A DNA stretch of 64,000 nucleotides from Thermoanaerobaculia bacterium (lineage in GTDB: Bacteria > Acidobacteriota > Thermoanaerobaculia > Multivoradales > Multivoraceae). This document shows, piece by piece, positions 63,320 through 64,000 of this stretch. Position numbers and translations under genes: made by a program. The notes beneath the pieces were generated by a model. It made no database searches and was not told the DNA's origin. It saw only the letters and a program-made list of their open reading frames with translations. The stretch covers positions 4,128,001 to 4,192,000 of the forward strand of contig OY761158.1 of NCBI GenBank assembly GCA_963664405.1, read 5' to 3'. The number at the start of each line of letters is the position of its first letter. Positions within the stretch are counted from its first letter, which is position 1.

Positions 63320-64000
63320 GTGTCCGAGAGGGCGCTGCCAACGACTTTTTTCCGCCGACGCTTCCAAGTACCCGCCGACATCGTCGAAGACTTCTGCGCC
63401 GAGTTGTGGTGGGGTGAGCCGCTGGGGCTCGAGATTCGCGGCGAAACGATCGACGTCTACTACGATAGCGATGTCGTCCTTGACTCGCAGTGGTCCCGCT
63501 GGCGGCCGCAAGGGGTGGTTCTCAGCGCCAGCGACCCGATTCCCGACCAAGATTGGTTGACGCCCTACCGGCGCGCGTCCCAAGGCTTCGGCGTCGCTGC
63601 GCGCTTTTGGGTGGATCCCGGCGAGCCCTCGGAGAGCTCCGAGGCGCCTCCGGATCGTCATTTATTGAGACTCCCTGCCCGTCGCGCTTTCGGCACCGGC
63701 AGTCACGAGTCGACACGGCTCGCGGTAGCCTGGCTCGAGCAGATCCCGTTGACCCAGAGGCGTGTTCTCGACCTGGGATGTGGCAGCTGCATTCTCTCGT
63801 TTGCCGCCCTTGTGCTGGGCGCGGGTCGGGTGGTGGGTCTCGAATGCGATCTCGAAGCCGCCTTGATCGGCGGAGAGAACCGCCGGCTCAACCGGCTTTG
63901 GCCAGCTTGTTTTGTTGGGCGGGTCGATGCCCTCGGCCCCGCGGCGCAATTCGACGTGATTGTTGCCAACGTTCTTTTCCCGCAACTACGACCCGACCTC
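63320..64000 (+). CDS. prmA: Ribosomal protein L11 methyltransferase (partial, runs off window)
   Basis: In-frame AFGTGSHEST, VLDLGCGSCILS, FDVIVAN; follows dnaJ; not in ORF track because truncated. Confidence 0.88.
   Translation, partial: MSERALPTTFFRRRFQVPADIVEDFCAELWWGEPLGLEIRGETIDVYYDSDVVLDSQWSRWRPQGVVLSASDPIPDQDWLTPYRRASQGFGVAARFWVDPGEPSESSEAPPDRHLLRLPARRAFGTGSHESTRLAVAWLEQIPLTQRRVLDLGCGSCILSFAALVLGAGRVVGLECDLEAALIGGENRRLNRLWPACFVGRVDALGPAAQFDVIVANVLFPQLRPDL

Overview
This is a GC-rich bacterial core-chromosome segment. Gene content (GWxTD, DUF4388, Gld-like ABC, MglA, HspR plus HrcA) suggests Acidobacteriota or a related lineage, which is an inference. It holds about 55 CDS: two dnaK loci (dnaK-hspR and hrcA-grpE-dnaK-dnaJ-prmA), carA/carB, meaB, mce, a split methylmalonyl-CoA mutase, class II RNR with NrdR boxes, mlaEFD, ugd/uxs, aroA, lon, thiL, nrdR, and a sigma54 activator followed by a pilin-like gene. 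I found no rRNA, tRNA, CRISPR array, transposase or prophage. The unexplained signal is intergenic. (1) Three CTAG-bounded hairpin elements share a conserved, covarying core of about 100 nt but each has a different pair of terminal inverted repeats. (2) A second, TIR-less ~91-bp two-hairpin element occurs three times, once nested inside the first family. (3) A candidate ECF-driven, CCUCC-rich sRNA lies between lolE and carB. (4) A block of giant palindromes lies at 34.5-35.2 kb. Protein-level oddities include a yggX-like gene missed by the ORF track with an apparent CTG start, a PTPS-III-type QueD homologue, a ClpX-like ATPase lacking the IGF and GYVG loops, an archaeal-type GAPDH, and an orphan extended MglA. 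All product calls come from motif recognition by eye; no searches were run.
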